Part shown: piece after piece, positions 7,106 to 15,955 of the stretch | Layout: each line of letters opens with the position of its first letter | How positions within the stretch are numbered: the first letter of the stretch is position 1 | Origin: a virus | Taxonomy: Duplodnaviria; Caudoviricetes | Reading direction: 5' to 3' (one strand) | DNA length: 30,641 bases | IMG/VR virus record: IMGVR_UViG_3300016469_000686 | Coordinates: 1 to 30,641 of that record | Translations under genes and position numbers: made by a program | Notes under the pieces: generated by a model | Databases searched by the model: none | The model's input: the letters and a program-made list of their open reading frames with translations, nothing else | Told to the model about the DNA's origin: nothing

Positions 7106-7824
7106 GGTGCCTCGAACTTCTGGTTTCGGATGGGGGAGAGGACGTGCTTCAGCACGTCCTTTCGGAGCTGGGGGCCCTTACCGGCCTCGATGGCTCGCTC
7201 CCTGTGCTCCTTCAGGAGCCGGACCGCGAGCTCGGTGTGGTGGTCCCACGCGAGGACCGGGAGGAGAAGGGAGCGGATCTCTTCGGGATCCAGCCACGGC
7301 GCGCACTCCTTGATGAGGAACTGCGCGTCGGACTGGTTGGGTCCGGCTTGCTTGAGGCTGGCGTTGCGTACGTACCGCTGGAGGACGATGCCGATCTCCT
7401 CCCAGAGCTTCAGGAAGAACCGGAAGAACTCCAGGTTCCCCGTGCCCTTCATGAGGTTCTCCAAGTTCTCTCTGGTCGCCTGCAACTCGCTCAAGCGAAC
7501 CTGCCGGTGAAGGGGGTCTGGGCTAGGAGTGTCCGCGAGGATGAGGGCGGAGAGGTGGGGGCGGAGGAGCTGGATGATCCACTCCCGCAGCTCCAACGCC
7601 CCTCGGTAATCCTCGGTCTCCAGCTCCACCTGCCGAGCGTAGTCCTCCATCTGCTCCCGGTTGGGGAAGACGCGCCCTTGCGTTTGGAGGATCCTGTCGA
7701 GCAGAGAAATCCTCCCGCCGTTCCCCGTTCCCTGCATCTTCTCCAGGTAGGCGGTCGCCTCCTCGCGGTGAGAGATGACGGAGAAGGCGGCGATGATGCG
7801 AGCGATGTCGGTGCTGGTGTTCAT
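7102..7824 (-). CDS. Hypothetical helical protein (240 aa)
   Basis: TAAGGAG RBS; tiles the operon. Confidence 0.75.
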   Translation of the reverse strand: MNTSTDIARIIAAFSVISHREEATAYLEKMQGTGNGGRISLLDRILQTQGRVFPNREQMEDYARQVELETEDYRGALELREWIIQLLRPHLSALILADTPSPDPLHRQVRLSELQATRENLENLMKGTGNLEFFRFFLKLWEEIGIVLQRYVRNASLKQAGPNQSDAQFLIKECAPWLDPEEIRSLLLPVLAWDHHTELAVRLLKEHRERAIEAGKGPQLRKDVLKHVLSPIRNQKFEAP

Positions 7825-7849
7825 GGTGGGCTCCTTACCGCCTTATTCC

Positions 7850-8308
7850 TCAGCGGAACCGTATGTTGGAGAACCTCCGTGCAGGCCGGATCCCCTTCTT
7901 TTCTGCCAGGAGAAGGGCGAGCTGATGCCTGGAGACGTCCAGGTGGTTCAGGAGCTCTACCCTGCGGTGAGCGGAGCCCTCCTTGGCGTAGCCGCGAACC
8001 TGATCGAGCAGGATGCAGGCGCAGTCGAAGATGTCGAAGAGCAAGGACGGGTGGTACAGAGGGTCGATGGCAAGAGGGGCCTCCGGGCTCTCGTAGGCCA
8101 CCCTCAAGGCTTGCATGGCCTCTTCCAGCTGAACGCCGAGAAGGCGGAGCTCCTTGCCGGTCTCCTCCTTGAGTTCGGGCGGAACCTCCACCTCCGGCTC
8201 GGTGAGTTCCAGCAGCTTGGGGGCCAGGTCGACGACGCGAAGAACCGCGTCCCGGTGAGTGCGGTTCCGGAAGTAGTAGGGGGTGTTGAGGGCTAGGTTC
8301 ACAGGCAC
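7850..8308 (-). CDS. Hypothetical protein (about 150 aa)
   Basis: Fills the gap downstream of the terminase; GTG start at 8308 or 8302. Confidence 0.7.
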   Translation of the reverse strand: MPVNLALNTPYYFRNRTHRDAVLRVVDLAPKLLELTEPEVEVPPELKEETGKELRLLGVQLEEAMQALRVAYESPEAPLAIDPLYHPSLLFDIFDCACILLDQVRGYAKEGSAHRRVELLNHLDVSRHQLALLLAEKKGIRPARRFSNIRFR

Positions 8309-8325
8309 TTATCCCTGGATTCCGC

Positions 8326-11300
8326 TCATCCCTGCGAGATGATCCCGCCGGTGCTCTGCACCGGACCCTGCCGGTAGCGGTCGTGCATCGGCCGGAGGAT
8401 GTCGGGCCTCTTCACGTCCATGGTCGAGGCGAGGAAGCCGTACAGCCAGGCGTGGAAGGAGTCGTCGGGTCGATCGGGCCGGTGGTTGTAGACCATCAAC
8501 CCCGTCTTCTCGCTGTACTCGCTGACGATGTTGCAGAAGTCCTGGGCAAACGGCTCTCGCATGTCTTCCCAGCGCATGAAGCGGAAGACCTTGCGCTTGA
8601 TGCCGTTGATGAGGTCGGCCATCACCATCGTCCGGTACACCTTGAAGCGCGGCGGGTACAGCTTGGTGTCGTACTCGACCTTCTTCTTCAGCTTGCCCAT
8701 GTGCTGGAAGACGCAGACCTTCTCGGCCCCGAACTTGCGGATGAGGAGGTCGTTGTTCTGCACGCCGAACCCGAAGTCGGTGCCGACCAGGCTGACGTTG
8801 AACTCGCGCAGGGTCTCCAGCACGTAGTCGATCTGCTCCTGCACGTCGATCAAGGTGCCGGTGAACCGCTTCATCCAGAAGGTCGTATAGAGCCCACCTA
8901 TGTAGGTGGAGAGGGTCATCACGGTGTAGCTGAGCGTGCCCAGACCCCAGTCGATGCCTGCGTAGATGGGCTCGCTCCAGTTGGGGCGCCGGAAGCGGTT
9001 GGCGCTGGAGAGCTTGATACGCGGGTCACAGCACTCCCGGACCTCCGCCATGGAGAGCGGCCGGTCGTAGGTGTCCATCGAGAGCCCAAGCACCTCGTTG
9101 TAGAACTTGGCGCGGGGGAACGTGGCGTAGTCGCTCAGGATGTCGGGCCAGGAGCGCCAGGGAACCATGAGCTGGCTGATCCGGTAGCCCTCGTACAGCC
9201 CGTCGGACTGGTGGTGGAACCACTGGGCATCCTCGTGCTGAGGGTTCAGCAGCTTTCCGCAGCGGGTGCAGCTCAACCCCTTCTTCTGGATGTTCTCCTC
9301 CGACAGCGTCTGCCAGAACCTCCCAGCGCCCGCCGAAGAACCGCATGCGTCGCAAGGGACCATCCACTCGCCCATGGTGCTCATGGGCCGGGTCGAGTTA
9401 TGCCCACTCCACCAGTACTCGATGTTGTTGTCGAAGGACTTGGGGGTCCCGCTGAGGATGTGGCGCCGGTACTTGGCGGGGCTGTGGGAGGTGCAGGGGA
9501 AAATGACCGGCAAGTGCTCGGCCAGCAGGTCCTGGAGCTCGTCCAGATCCAGCATGTAGCTGGCGATACCTCGGCATCGGTCGGCGGAACGGTAGGCGGA
9601 CCGCAGGACGATCTTGCTGAAGTTGACGAAGCTCTTCTCCATCACGTTCTGCGTCCCCCCGCCCTCGGCGAAGGAGCGGAGAAGGGGGCTGCTCTCGATG
9701 GGTTGCTTCAGCCGGTCTGCCGAGAACGTGCGGGTCTGGGAGTTGGTCGGCGAGACGTAGAGGACCTTATACCCGGGGATAAGGGCGCAGTAGGTGATCG
9801 CCATGTTCCCGAGGAAGGTGCTGTTGTGGGTGACGATGCCGTCGGCCAGGATCGAGTGGGTCTCGTCCACCGTGAAGTCGACGCAGGGCGCCTCCTCCAG
9901 CTTCTCGATGGAGACGATGTCCTCCCAGCATCCGTTCCCCTCCACCTCCTCCCGAAGGCTCTCGATGCGGGTCGCGTCGTACACCGGGTCGGCCGCCAGC
10001 CAGTCCAGCAGGTTGCGGGCGTGGGCTCGGGTGATGCGTTCGCCGTTACGGGGCTGGATCTTGCGCCACAGGACGCCCCTCTTCTCCTGGCTCCTCCAGC
10101 GGGCCTTGCGCTGCCTCTGGATGTCGAGCAGCCCGCTGGCCACCTCCTCAGGCAAGCGGTCGTAGCTAAAAATGGCTGCATCGGTGGGGGCTTCCTGGAT
10201 GCCTTCGCGCTGTTCGGGGACCAGGAGCTGGAAGAAGGTCTGCCTGCCACGACCCACCACGGAGAGGCTGTGCCACTCCTTCGCCTCGACCTTCTGACCG
10301 TCCGCCTGCTTGCGCGACCGGTAGTAGGACGGGACCTGGCTACGCTGGGCGGTGAGGATGCCTGCCCGCAGGTGCAGGCTGTGAAGCTGGCGGATCAGCG
10401 TTCGGCTGGTGCTGCCGGTCTGGGCGGTGAAGGTGGCTCCTCGCGTGTGCTTCCGGAGGTAAACGCTGCCGTTCAAGGACCAGTAGATGCGGAGGAAGAG
10501 GCGGATCATCTCCACCCCGCTCTCGAAGATCTGCCGCGGAATCTCCCCCTTGCGCTGGATCCCTCCGAGCCAGGAGCCCAAGAGACCCTTCCGATAGACG
10601 TGGAGGGTCGGAGCCGCGGAAGGGGTCCGGATGACCTGGTCCCAGCTCGCCCCTTGCTTGGTGAGTACCTCCTTCAGCAGTTCCAGGGTGCTGGAGTGAC
10701 GAACCGCCACCGAGGTATTGTCGGTGCAGCACAAGGCAAAAGCCGTGAGGATCGTAGAGTAAACCGTCTCCTCCTCATAGCTCTTAGCGTCCTCGGGCAG
10801 GTACTCCGCGGTCATCACCACGTCGCCCACCTTCAAGTGCTTGGCCTCGACCCACCGACCATAAAGTCGCACGGGATGGTCTTCACCAGCGTCGAGTACG
10901 CGACCCGAACGTGTCTTGATCCGAACGATAGGCTTATCGACGATCTTGGACTTCCAGGTGATACGACCCCAGGTGATCTTCTGGACAGTCTTATCCATAC
11001 AAGCGATTTCATCCCCTACGACAGCCTCAATCGCAGGGATCGGTCCTCTCTTAGTTTCGAGGATTGTTTTCACGCTTACGCATTTTTCCACCTGACGCGC
11101 ACACTTCAAGAGGATATCTTGTGCGGATGAATCATAGATGGAAATCAGGTGATTTCGGCCTCGGAAACTGAACTTATCGAAGTCACCCTCTTCGTTCGGT
11201 ATGAGGAATGCGTTATGGACAAAGTCGGAAACGCGGATAGAGAGGTGCCCCTCCTCCTCCTCCTCTGGTCCGTCGTCGTACCAGCTACCCCCATGAAGGT

Positions 11301-11433
11301 CGGTGTAGTTGCCCTCCCCTTCCTCCTCTCCCAGGTCCAGGTGCCCCTGCTCCTGCATCCCGGCAGGGGTGTTATACCAGTCCGTGTCGAACGATTTTCC
11401 AGAGGAGTGGGAGGGGCTGCGGGAGTTGCTCAT
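8326..11433 (-). CDS. terL: Terminase large subunit (GpA-like) with intein; about 615 aa after splicing
   Basis: Spliced Walker A ARQVEK/ST, LYVSPT..Q...FS.DRL, RGI, Walker B LDLDELQD, LSGTPK coupling motif, CxxC...CxxC, RNase H-like YAGIDWG and PDDSFHA. Confidence 0.9.
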   Translation of the reverse strand: MSNSRSPSHSSGKSFDTDWYNTPAGMQEQGHLDLGEEEGEGNYTDLHGGSWYDDGPEEEEEGHLSIRVSDFVHNAFLIPNEEGDFDKFSFRGRNHLISIYDSSAQDILLKCARQVEKCVSVKTILETKRGPIPAIEAVVGDEIACMDKTVQKITWGRITWKSKIVDKPIVRIKTRSGRVLDAGEDHPVRLYGRWVEAKHLKVGDVVMTAEYLPEDAKSYEEETVYSTILTAFALCCTDNTSVAVRHSSTLELLKEVLTKQGASWDQVIRTPSAAPTLHVYRKGLLGSWLGGIQRKGEIPRQIFESGVEMIRLFLRIYWSLNGSVYLRKHTRGATFTAQTGSTSRTLIRQLHSLHLRAGILTAQRSQVPSYYRSRKQADGQKVEAKEWHSLSVVGRGRQTFFQLLVPEQREGIQEAPTDAAIFSYDRLPEEVASGLLDIQRQRKARWRSQEKRGVLWRKIQPRNGERITRAHARNLLDWLAADPVYDATRIESLREEVEGNGCWEDIVSIEKLEEAPCVDFTVDETHSILADGIVTHNSTFLGNMAITYCALIPGYKVLYVSPTNSQTRTFSADRLKQPIESSPLLRSFAEGGGTQNVMEKSFVNFSKIVLRSAYRSADRCRGIASYMLDLDELQDLLAEHLPVIFPCTSHSPAKYRRHILSGTPKSFDNNIEYWWSGHNSTRPMSTMGEWMVPCDACGSSAGAGRFWQTLSEENIQKKGLSCTRCGKLLNPQHEDAQWFHHQSDGLYEGYRISQLMVPWRSWPDILSDYATFPRAKFYNEVLGLSMDTYDRPLSMAEVRECCDPRIKLSSANRFRRPNWSEPIYAGIDWGLGTLSYTVMTLSTYIGGLYTTFWMKRFTGTLIDVQEQIDYVLETLREFNVSLVGTDFGFGVQNNDLLIRKFGAEKVCVFQHMGKLKKKVEYDTKLYPPRFKVYRTMVMADLINGIKRKVFRFMRWEDMREPFAQDFCNIVSEYSEKTGLMVYNHRPDRPDDSFHAWLYGFLASTMDVKRPDILRPMHDRYRQGPVQSTGGIISQG
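9823..11082 (-). mobile_element. Intein (420 aa) in terminase Walker A, degenerate LAGLIDADG domain
   Basis: Starts CVSVKT.I, block B AGEDHPV, ends CVDFTVDETHSILADGIVTHN followed by Ser; removal restores RQVEKST. Confidence 0.92.
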
Positions 11434-11549
11434 GCTGGGGGGCTGGTGGAGTGGGGCGGTGAAGGTGGAGAGGAAGCCTTGCGAGCAGGAGGAGGGGAGG
11501 GAGGAGGTGCTGGTCCACCTTCAGGCAAACCAGCCCATCCCGCTGGAGG

Positions 11550-12113
11550 TCAGGCGAAGCGCCGCCGCGATGGTCCGATCCTGGTCCCGAGCGTCCGGGT
11601 GTCCCGTGGTCCTTCTGCCGCACCGGACCTGGGTGACCTTGCGAGGGCAGCTCGAACCTGAGCGTCCAAGGACTGGAGAAACTCCACCAGTACCTCCTCG
11701 GTGGAGACCAAGGGGCTCTTCTCGTCCTCGATGACCATGAACCAGGAGTCGACCACTTCCGCCTCATCGCCCCCGGAGTTGGACGGGTAGAGCTGGACGT
11801 GCTCGGCGCGGAGCTGAGGGAAGGTGCGGGGGTAGTAGAGGCGGAGAGAGACCTCGCTCAGCTGAGCGGGGAAGAGGTCCTCCCACCAGGGGGCCGGGGG
11901 GTTCCGGTTGGTGGGGGTCTGGAGTGGGTGGAACTGGAGGTGCAGGTCGTTGCGCCGGTAGAGCAGGTCGACGTGGAAGGAGTCGGTGGAGAGCCGGTAA
12001 GGGGTCACCGCCTCGAACGAGATCGGGGTCTCGCGCAACGAGCGAAGGGCGGCGAGCACCTCCGCCCTCTCCTCGGAGCTGAGGTGGAGCGTGCGGTGAG
12101 GGTCAACGGGCAT
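11550..12113 (-). CDS. Hypothetical protein (187 aa)
   Basis: GAAGGA RBS; overlaps upstream stop by 11 nt. Confidence 0.6.
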   Translation of the reverse strand: MPVDPHRTLHLSSEERAEVLAALRSLRETPISFEAVTPYRLSTDSFHVDLLYRRNDLHLQFHPLQTPTNRNPPAPWWEDLFPAQLSEVSLRLYYPRTFPQLRAEHVQLYPSNSGGDEAEVVDSWFMVIEDEKSPLVSTEEVLVEFLQSLDAQVRAALARSPRSGAAEGPRDTRTLGTRIGPSRRRFA

Positions 12114-13302
12114 GACTTCCTTCGGGGACGCGGGTGGTGGTGTTGGGGGCGAACTGGGTCTGGACCTGCGCCGCAGCTGCGCCCTTGACCCCCTCGGTCG
12201 CCGCCTCTTTGTCCTTGGCCAGGTAAGGGTCGATGCGGTGCTGGCCCTGGGTGATCTCGTCCGGGTGACCTCGGTGCCCGCTGGGCTGGGTCTGGAGGGC
12301 GATGGCCCCGAGCCTCTTGCGCAGGTCCGTGTCCGCGCTTCCCAGGTCCTTGAGGATCGCCTGGATGGTACGGAAGGAGCTGAGGGTGATGTTCGTGCGG
12401 GTCGCAGCTTCCGGGTGACCTGACTGGGTATGCTCCACCGCGCGGTTGAAGAGCAGGACCTGGAGCTGCTCGAAAGCCTTCTGGAGGTCCAGGCGGTTGA
12501 GGGGGAGACCGATGGCCGAGCGCGCCAGGAAGTAGGTGAGGGGGGAGGGGGGGAGGGTGGCGATGACCAGGCGGGGGTCGGTGTAGCCCGCCTTTTTCAG
12601 CGCCGTCGCCTCCTGGAGCTGCTGGGTGAGGGGCATGCTCCGGTGGAGCTCTCCGAGGAGGCCCTGGTTGCCGTTGAGGCGCCGCGTTCGGACCCGCAGG
12701 CACTCCATGTCGGGGATCTCCCGGTTGACGGGCAGGTGGTAGGGAGTCGGCAGGGGGTTGGCCGTGGCGGCAGCCCCCGTCCCTGCTCCTGCATCCTCCA
12801 GCGCGCGGACCTGGCGCTCCAGCTGCTCCGTTCCGGTGCCTCGGAGGTGAAGGATGCTGCGGATCTGGACGACGTCGAGGGAGTCCACGTCCCAGAACAA
12901 ATGGCGGGCCATCTGCACGACATCCGGCCCGGCCTTGATCTTTCTCTCCGCCAGGATCTTCGAGATGTCGAGGTCGGTGCACCGGGCGAGCCCCATCACC
13001 TCGATCACCTCTCTGGCCGAAGGGCGCTGCATCAGCTGGAAGGCACGCAGCGCGACGTCGTTGAAGCGAGGGACGAGCCCTTGCAGGCCGTGCAGAGCCA
13101 GGAACTCCTGGCTCTCGATGTGATCCGGGTCGCGGGGACGGAACACATCCGGTGGGCGGAAGTTCTCGGCGAGGTAGATGAGGAACTGCACGCTCACGTA
13201 GTCCAGGCGGAGGGACACACAGTGCTCCTCTACCCAGGCGACCCCCTTGCCTTGCAGAAGCAGGGCGAGGAGGTAGCGCTTGCACGGCGAGTACAGGATC
13301 AT
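12103..13302 (-). CDS. Hypothetical protein (399 aa); terminase small subunit is possible by position only
   Basis: ATGA-coupled to upstream gene; helical; two genes upstream of terL. No diagnostic motif recognised. Confidence 0.7.
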   Translation of the reverse strand: MILYSPCKRYLLALLLQGKGVAWVEEHCVSLRLDYVSVQFLIYLAENFRPPDVFRPRDPDHIESQEFLALHGLQGLVPRFNDVALRAFQLMQRPSAREVIEVMGLARCTDLDISKILAERKIKAGPDVVQMARHLFWDVDSLDVVQIRSILHLRGTGTEQLERQVRALEDAGAGTGAAATANPLPTPYHLPVNREIPDMECLRVRTRRLNGNQGLLGELHRSMPLTQQLQEATALKKAGYTDPRLVIATLPPSPLTYFLARSAIGLPLNRLDLQKAFEQLQVLLFNRAVEHTQSGHPEAATRTNITLSSFRTIQAILKDLGSADTDLRKRLGAIALQTQPSGHRGHPDEITQGQHRIDPYLAKDKEAATEGVKGAAAAQVQTQFAPNTTTRVPEGSHAR

Positions 13303-15314
13303 GACGCTACGTCAGCCTCCTGGAAGCGGAGCTGGAAGACGCCCTCGATCACCAGCTCCAGAGCCTGGATCGCCTTCTCCAGCGCGGGCTCGGGGATGTC
13401 TCGAAGGCCCAGGCGGGAGGCGATGAGCATCTCGCAGAGGTTCTGCTGGGTCCGCTCCAGGTCGGGGATGCGGCTGGTGAACAGCGCGATGTTGTCGGGG
13501 GTGAGGAGGGAGAGGCCGAGCATCGTGTCGATGCTCATCGGGTCCGGGATGAACGCCGCCTCCTTCACCAGGTCGATCGGGGGAAGAGGCCGAGCTGCAA
13601 CCGGCTGAGCCAGCTTGCTGCGGAACTCAGCCCCCCTCTCCTCCAGCGTGCGCAGGACATAGGGCACCTCGACCGAGGCGGATTTGGCCTCGGACTGGAG
13701 GTGGGAGGCCTCGGCCAGCTTCGTGATGGCCTCTTGCGCCGGCACGCCGAGGCCCGCCAGGTAGAACATCGCCTCCTCCATCGGGAGCGAGTGGGTCTGC
13801 GACGCGATCTTCTGGAGGGGGCCGCCGCGCAAGGAGAAGTGGTCGCCGAACGCGCGGATGCTGACGGTGTGTTCCTGGGCCACCTTGCGCTGCTCCGGGG
13901 TCTGGCCCGGGGAGTTCTGCAAGACGACGGACTTGCTGCGGTCCAGGGGGAGCCAGAGGTAGCCCTCGGGCAGCAGCATCACGCCGTCGATGTTCACCGG
14001 CTTGCGGAGCCCCGGTTCGATCCGGACTTGGACCGGAGAGCCGTCGTCGAGGACGCCCACGTAGGTGGTCCGGCCGCTCACGTCGTTCAGCCGGGTTTGG
14101 ATGGTCATCGGCACGGTGGCGTTGAGCCGGCCGAAGGAGCCGTGCTCGTAGAAGACCCCGTACCCGTCGGCAACCGGGCGAGAGGGGAGAGAGGGGAGGT
14201 CCTGGCTGAGGGGAACCCCCCACACCTCTCCCTGGAATGCGTGGACCGTGCCGTTCGTGAACAGGGCCAGCGGGAGGAGCTGGCCCTGGGTGTCGAGCAG
14301 GTGGACCAGCACCACGCCGATGAGCTCCTGCCCATCCGAGGTGAAGACCCGGGCGACACAGGACCGGTTGATCTGCTCCGGCTGGGGGCCCATTTGCTCT
14401 GCCGTCAGGTCGTTGTCGGAGAGGGTAATCCCTCCCGTGGTGTCCACCGCCTCCATCAGCTCGGGCGAAGCGATCTTGAAGAGCTCGGCCCGGGTCAGCA
14501 CCTTCTCCTGCGGGAGCCAGGCTTCGGCCGAGGCGCTCTTGTAAAGGTAGCTCCCCTCTCCGAGCGAGAGGACCTGGATGACGGTAGGGGGGAGCTCGTG
14601 GGCGAAGGACTCCATCGCCTTCTTCTCCGACGGCGGAGGGGGAGAGAGGAGCGTGTGCAGGGCGGAGGAGGCCAGCTTGTTGTAGCGGAACCCCTCCACA
14701 CGAGCGATCTTGCGCATCAGCTCCTTGCGCTCCAGCTCGGAGGACTCCGCTGCCACATCGGCGAGCAGCGAGCTGGTCTTGGTCCCGAGGATGTCGTTGC
14801 CGCCGTAGAAGCTGTCTCGGTTCGGCGGGTACATGAAGCCCGCGATGCTCGTGGTGCCGGGGGCGGTGGATGTGCCGTCGAAGATGTCGTCGCGGAACAT
14901 CGCCTGGCGCAGGCGGCGAGGGGTCAGGGGGAGGACCTTCGCCTGCTTCATGTCCGTGTCCGGCAGCACGATCAGGTCGAGAGGCTTCATCCTCCCCTCC
15001 TGGATCAGCACCGGGATGCGAGCGACCTTGTTGTTGCCGGACTGGTTACGTGCCTGGCCCATCGCGTCGAGGGAGGGGGCTTGCTTGAGGCGGATCTCGA
15101 CGGCGCCCTTCGCCACCGAGGACTCCGGATCCATCGCCTCCATGGTCACGTCCACTTGATACGCGGACAGCTCGGGGTGGGCCTCCATCGCGGACTGGAA
15201 GATCTGGGCGGGCCACTGCTGAGGGTCGGGGCCCAGGCGGATCTCAGGGGCTGCCCTCTTTTCCGCGTTGTAGAGGCTGTTCGAGGGGAGGATCGGTTGA
15301 AACAGTTGGCTCAT
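13299..15314 (-). CDS. K-x-A-rich protein (671 aa), putative virion/head protein
   Basis: Real start most likely ATG 15314 (MSQLFQP); the upstream 215 codons of the 886-aa ORF overlap 15326..15955 and look non-coding. 16 of 25 Lys are followed by Ala at +2. Confidence 0.8.
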   Translation of the reverse strand: MSQLFQPILPSNSLYNAEKRAAPEIRLGPDPQQWPAQIFQSAMEAHPELSAYQVDVTMEAMDPESSVAKGAVEIRLKQAPSLDAMGQARNQSGNNKVARIPVLIQEGRMKPLDLIVLPDTDMKQAKVLPLTPRRLRQAMFRDDIFDGTSTAPGTTSIAGFMYPPNRDSFYGGNDILGTKTSSLLADVAAESSELERKELMRKIARVEGFRYNKLASSALHTLLSPPPPSEKKAMESFAHELPPTVIQVLSLGEGSYLYKSASAEAWLPQEKVLTRAELFKIASPELMEAVDTTGGITLSDNDLTAEQMGPQPEQINRSCVARVFTSDGQELIGVVLVHLLDTQGQLLPLALFTNGTVHAFQGEVWGVPLSQDLPSLPSRPVADGYGVFYEHGSFGRLNATVPMTIQTRLNDVSGRTTYVGVLDDGSPVQVRIEPGLRKPVNIDGVMLLPEGYLWLPLDRSKSVVLQNSPGQTPEQRKVAQEHTVSIRAFGDHFSLRGGPLQKIASQTHSLPMEEAMFYLAGLGVPAQEAITKLAEASHLQSEAKSASVEVPYVLRTLEERGAEFRSKLAQPVAARPLPPIDLVKEAAFIPDPMSIDTMLGLSLLTPDNIALFTSRIPDLERTQQNLCEMLIASRLGLRDIPEPALEKAIQALELVIEGVFQLRFQEADVAS

Positions 15315-15325
15315 GGCTTCCCATC

Positions 15326-15955
15326 TTAGGCGGGGGGCATCACGAACAGGACGCTTGCAGCAGCATAGAAGCCAGGCGCTTTGCTGACCAGAAGAAGAGC
15401 GTCCACCACATCTCCCGGGGCAATCCCTGCATCCGCCTGGTAGTCCCTGGAGCTGATCTGGGACAGAAGGGCGGCCAAAGGCTGACCGGTTGCTCCGTAA
15501 AGAGCGACCGGTCCGACCCCCAGCGCGAGCGCGAGCGCAGCTTGCACGTTGAGCCCTTGCAGCTTGATACCCAGAGAGAGATCCAGCAGCGCCTGGATCC
15601 CTCCGAGTCGCACCTGGAGTTCGGCGATCAGCTTCAGGTTGGCGGCGAGCGAGATGGTGAAGGTGGGCGGAGAGAGACCCGCAGAGATCTGGGCCTGGAG
15701 CAAGGCCACAGCCGCCAGAGCTCCCGAGAGCGCGGCCTCCAGACCCAGCTGAGGCAAGACCAGCTGGGCGTTGAAGTTCAGGGCGGCGGACAGCTGCGCT
15801 TGCAGGTCGGCGATCAACTGGCCCAGCCCGAACTGCGCCCCTAGCAGGAGGTCGAGCTGTCCTAGCAGGGGCAGGAGAGCGGTGGCGGCTAGCTGGGCGC
15901 CGATGTTGATCTCTCCTAGCGTACCGACCTTCAGAAGAGAAAGCTCGGAGGCCAT
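15326..15955 (-). CDS. Leu/Ala/Gly-rich hydrophobic protein (209 aa)
   Basis: ATG directly follows the upstream stop (TGAATG); very few charged residues. Confidence 0.7.
   Translation of the reverse strand: MASELSLLKVGTLGEINIGAQLAATALLPLLGQLDLLLGAQFGLGQLIADLQAQLSAALNFNAQLVLPQLGLEAALSGALAAVALLQAQISAGLSPPTFTISLAANLKLIAELQVRLGGIQALLDLSLGIKLQGLNVQAALALALGVGPVALYGATGQPLAALLSQISSRDYQADAGIAPGDVVDALLLVSKAPGFYAAASVLFVMPPA

Noticed and set aside
11432-11734. + strand ORF sharing CATG with the terminase start (MLGGWW...VLVHLQANQPIPLEVRR...)
   Set aside because: Middle part looks somewhat protein-like, but there is no RBS, it overlaps the 187-aa gene head-on and lacks independent support.
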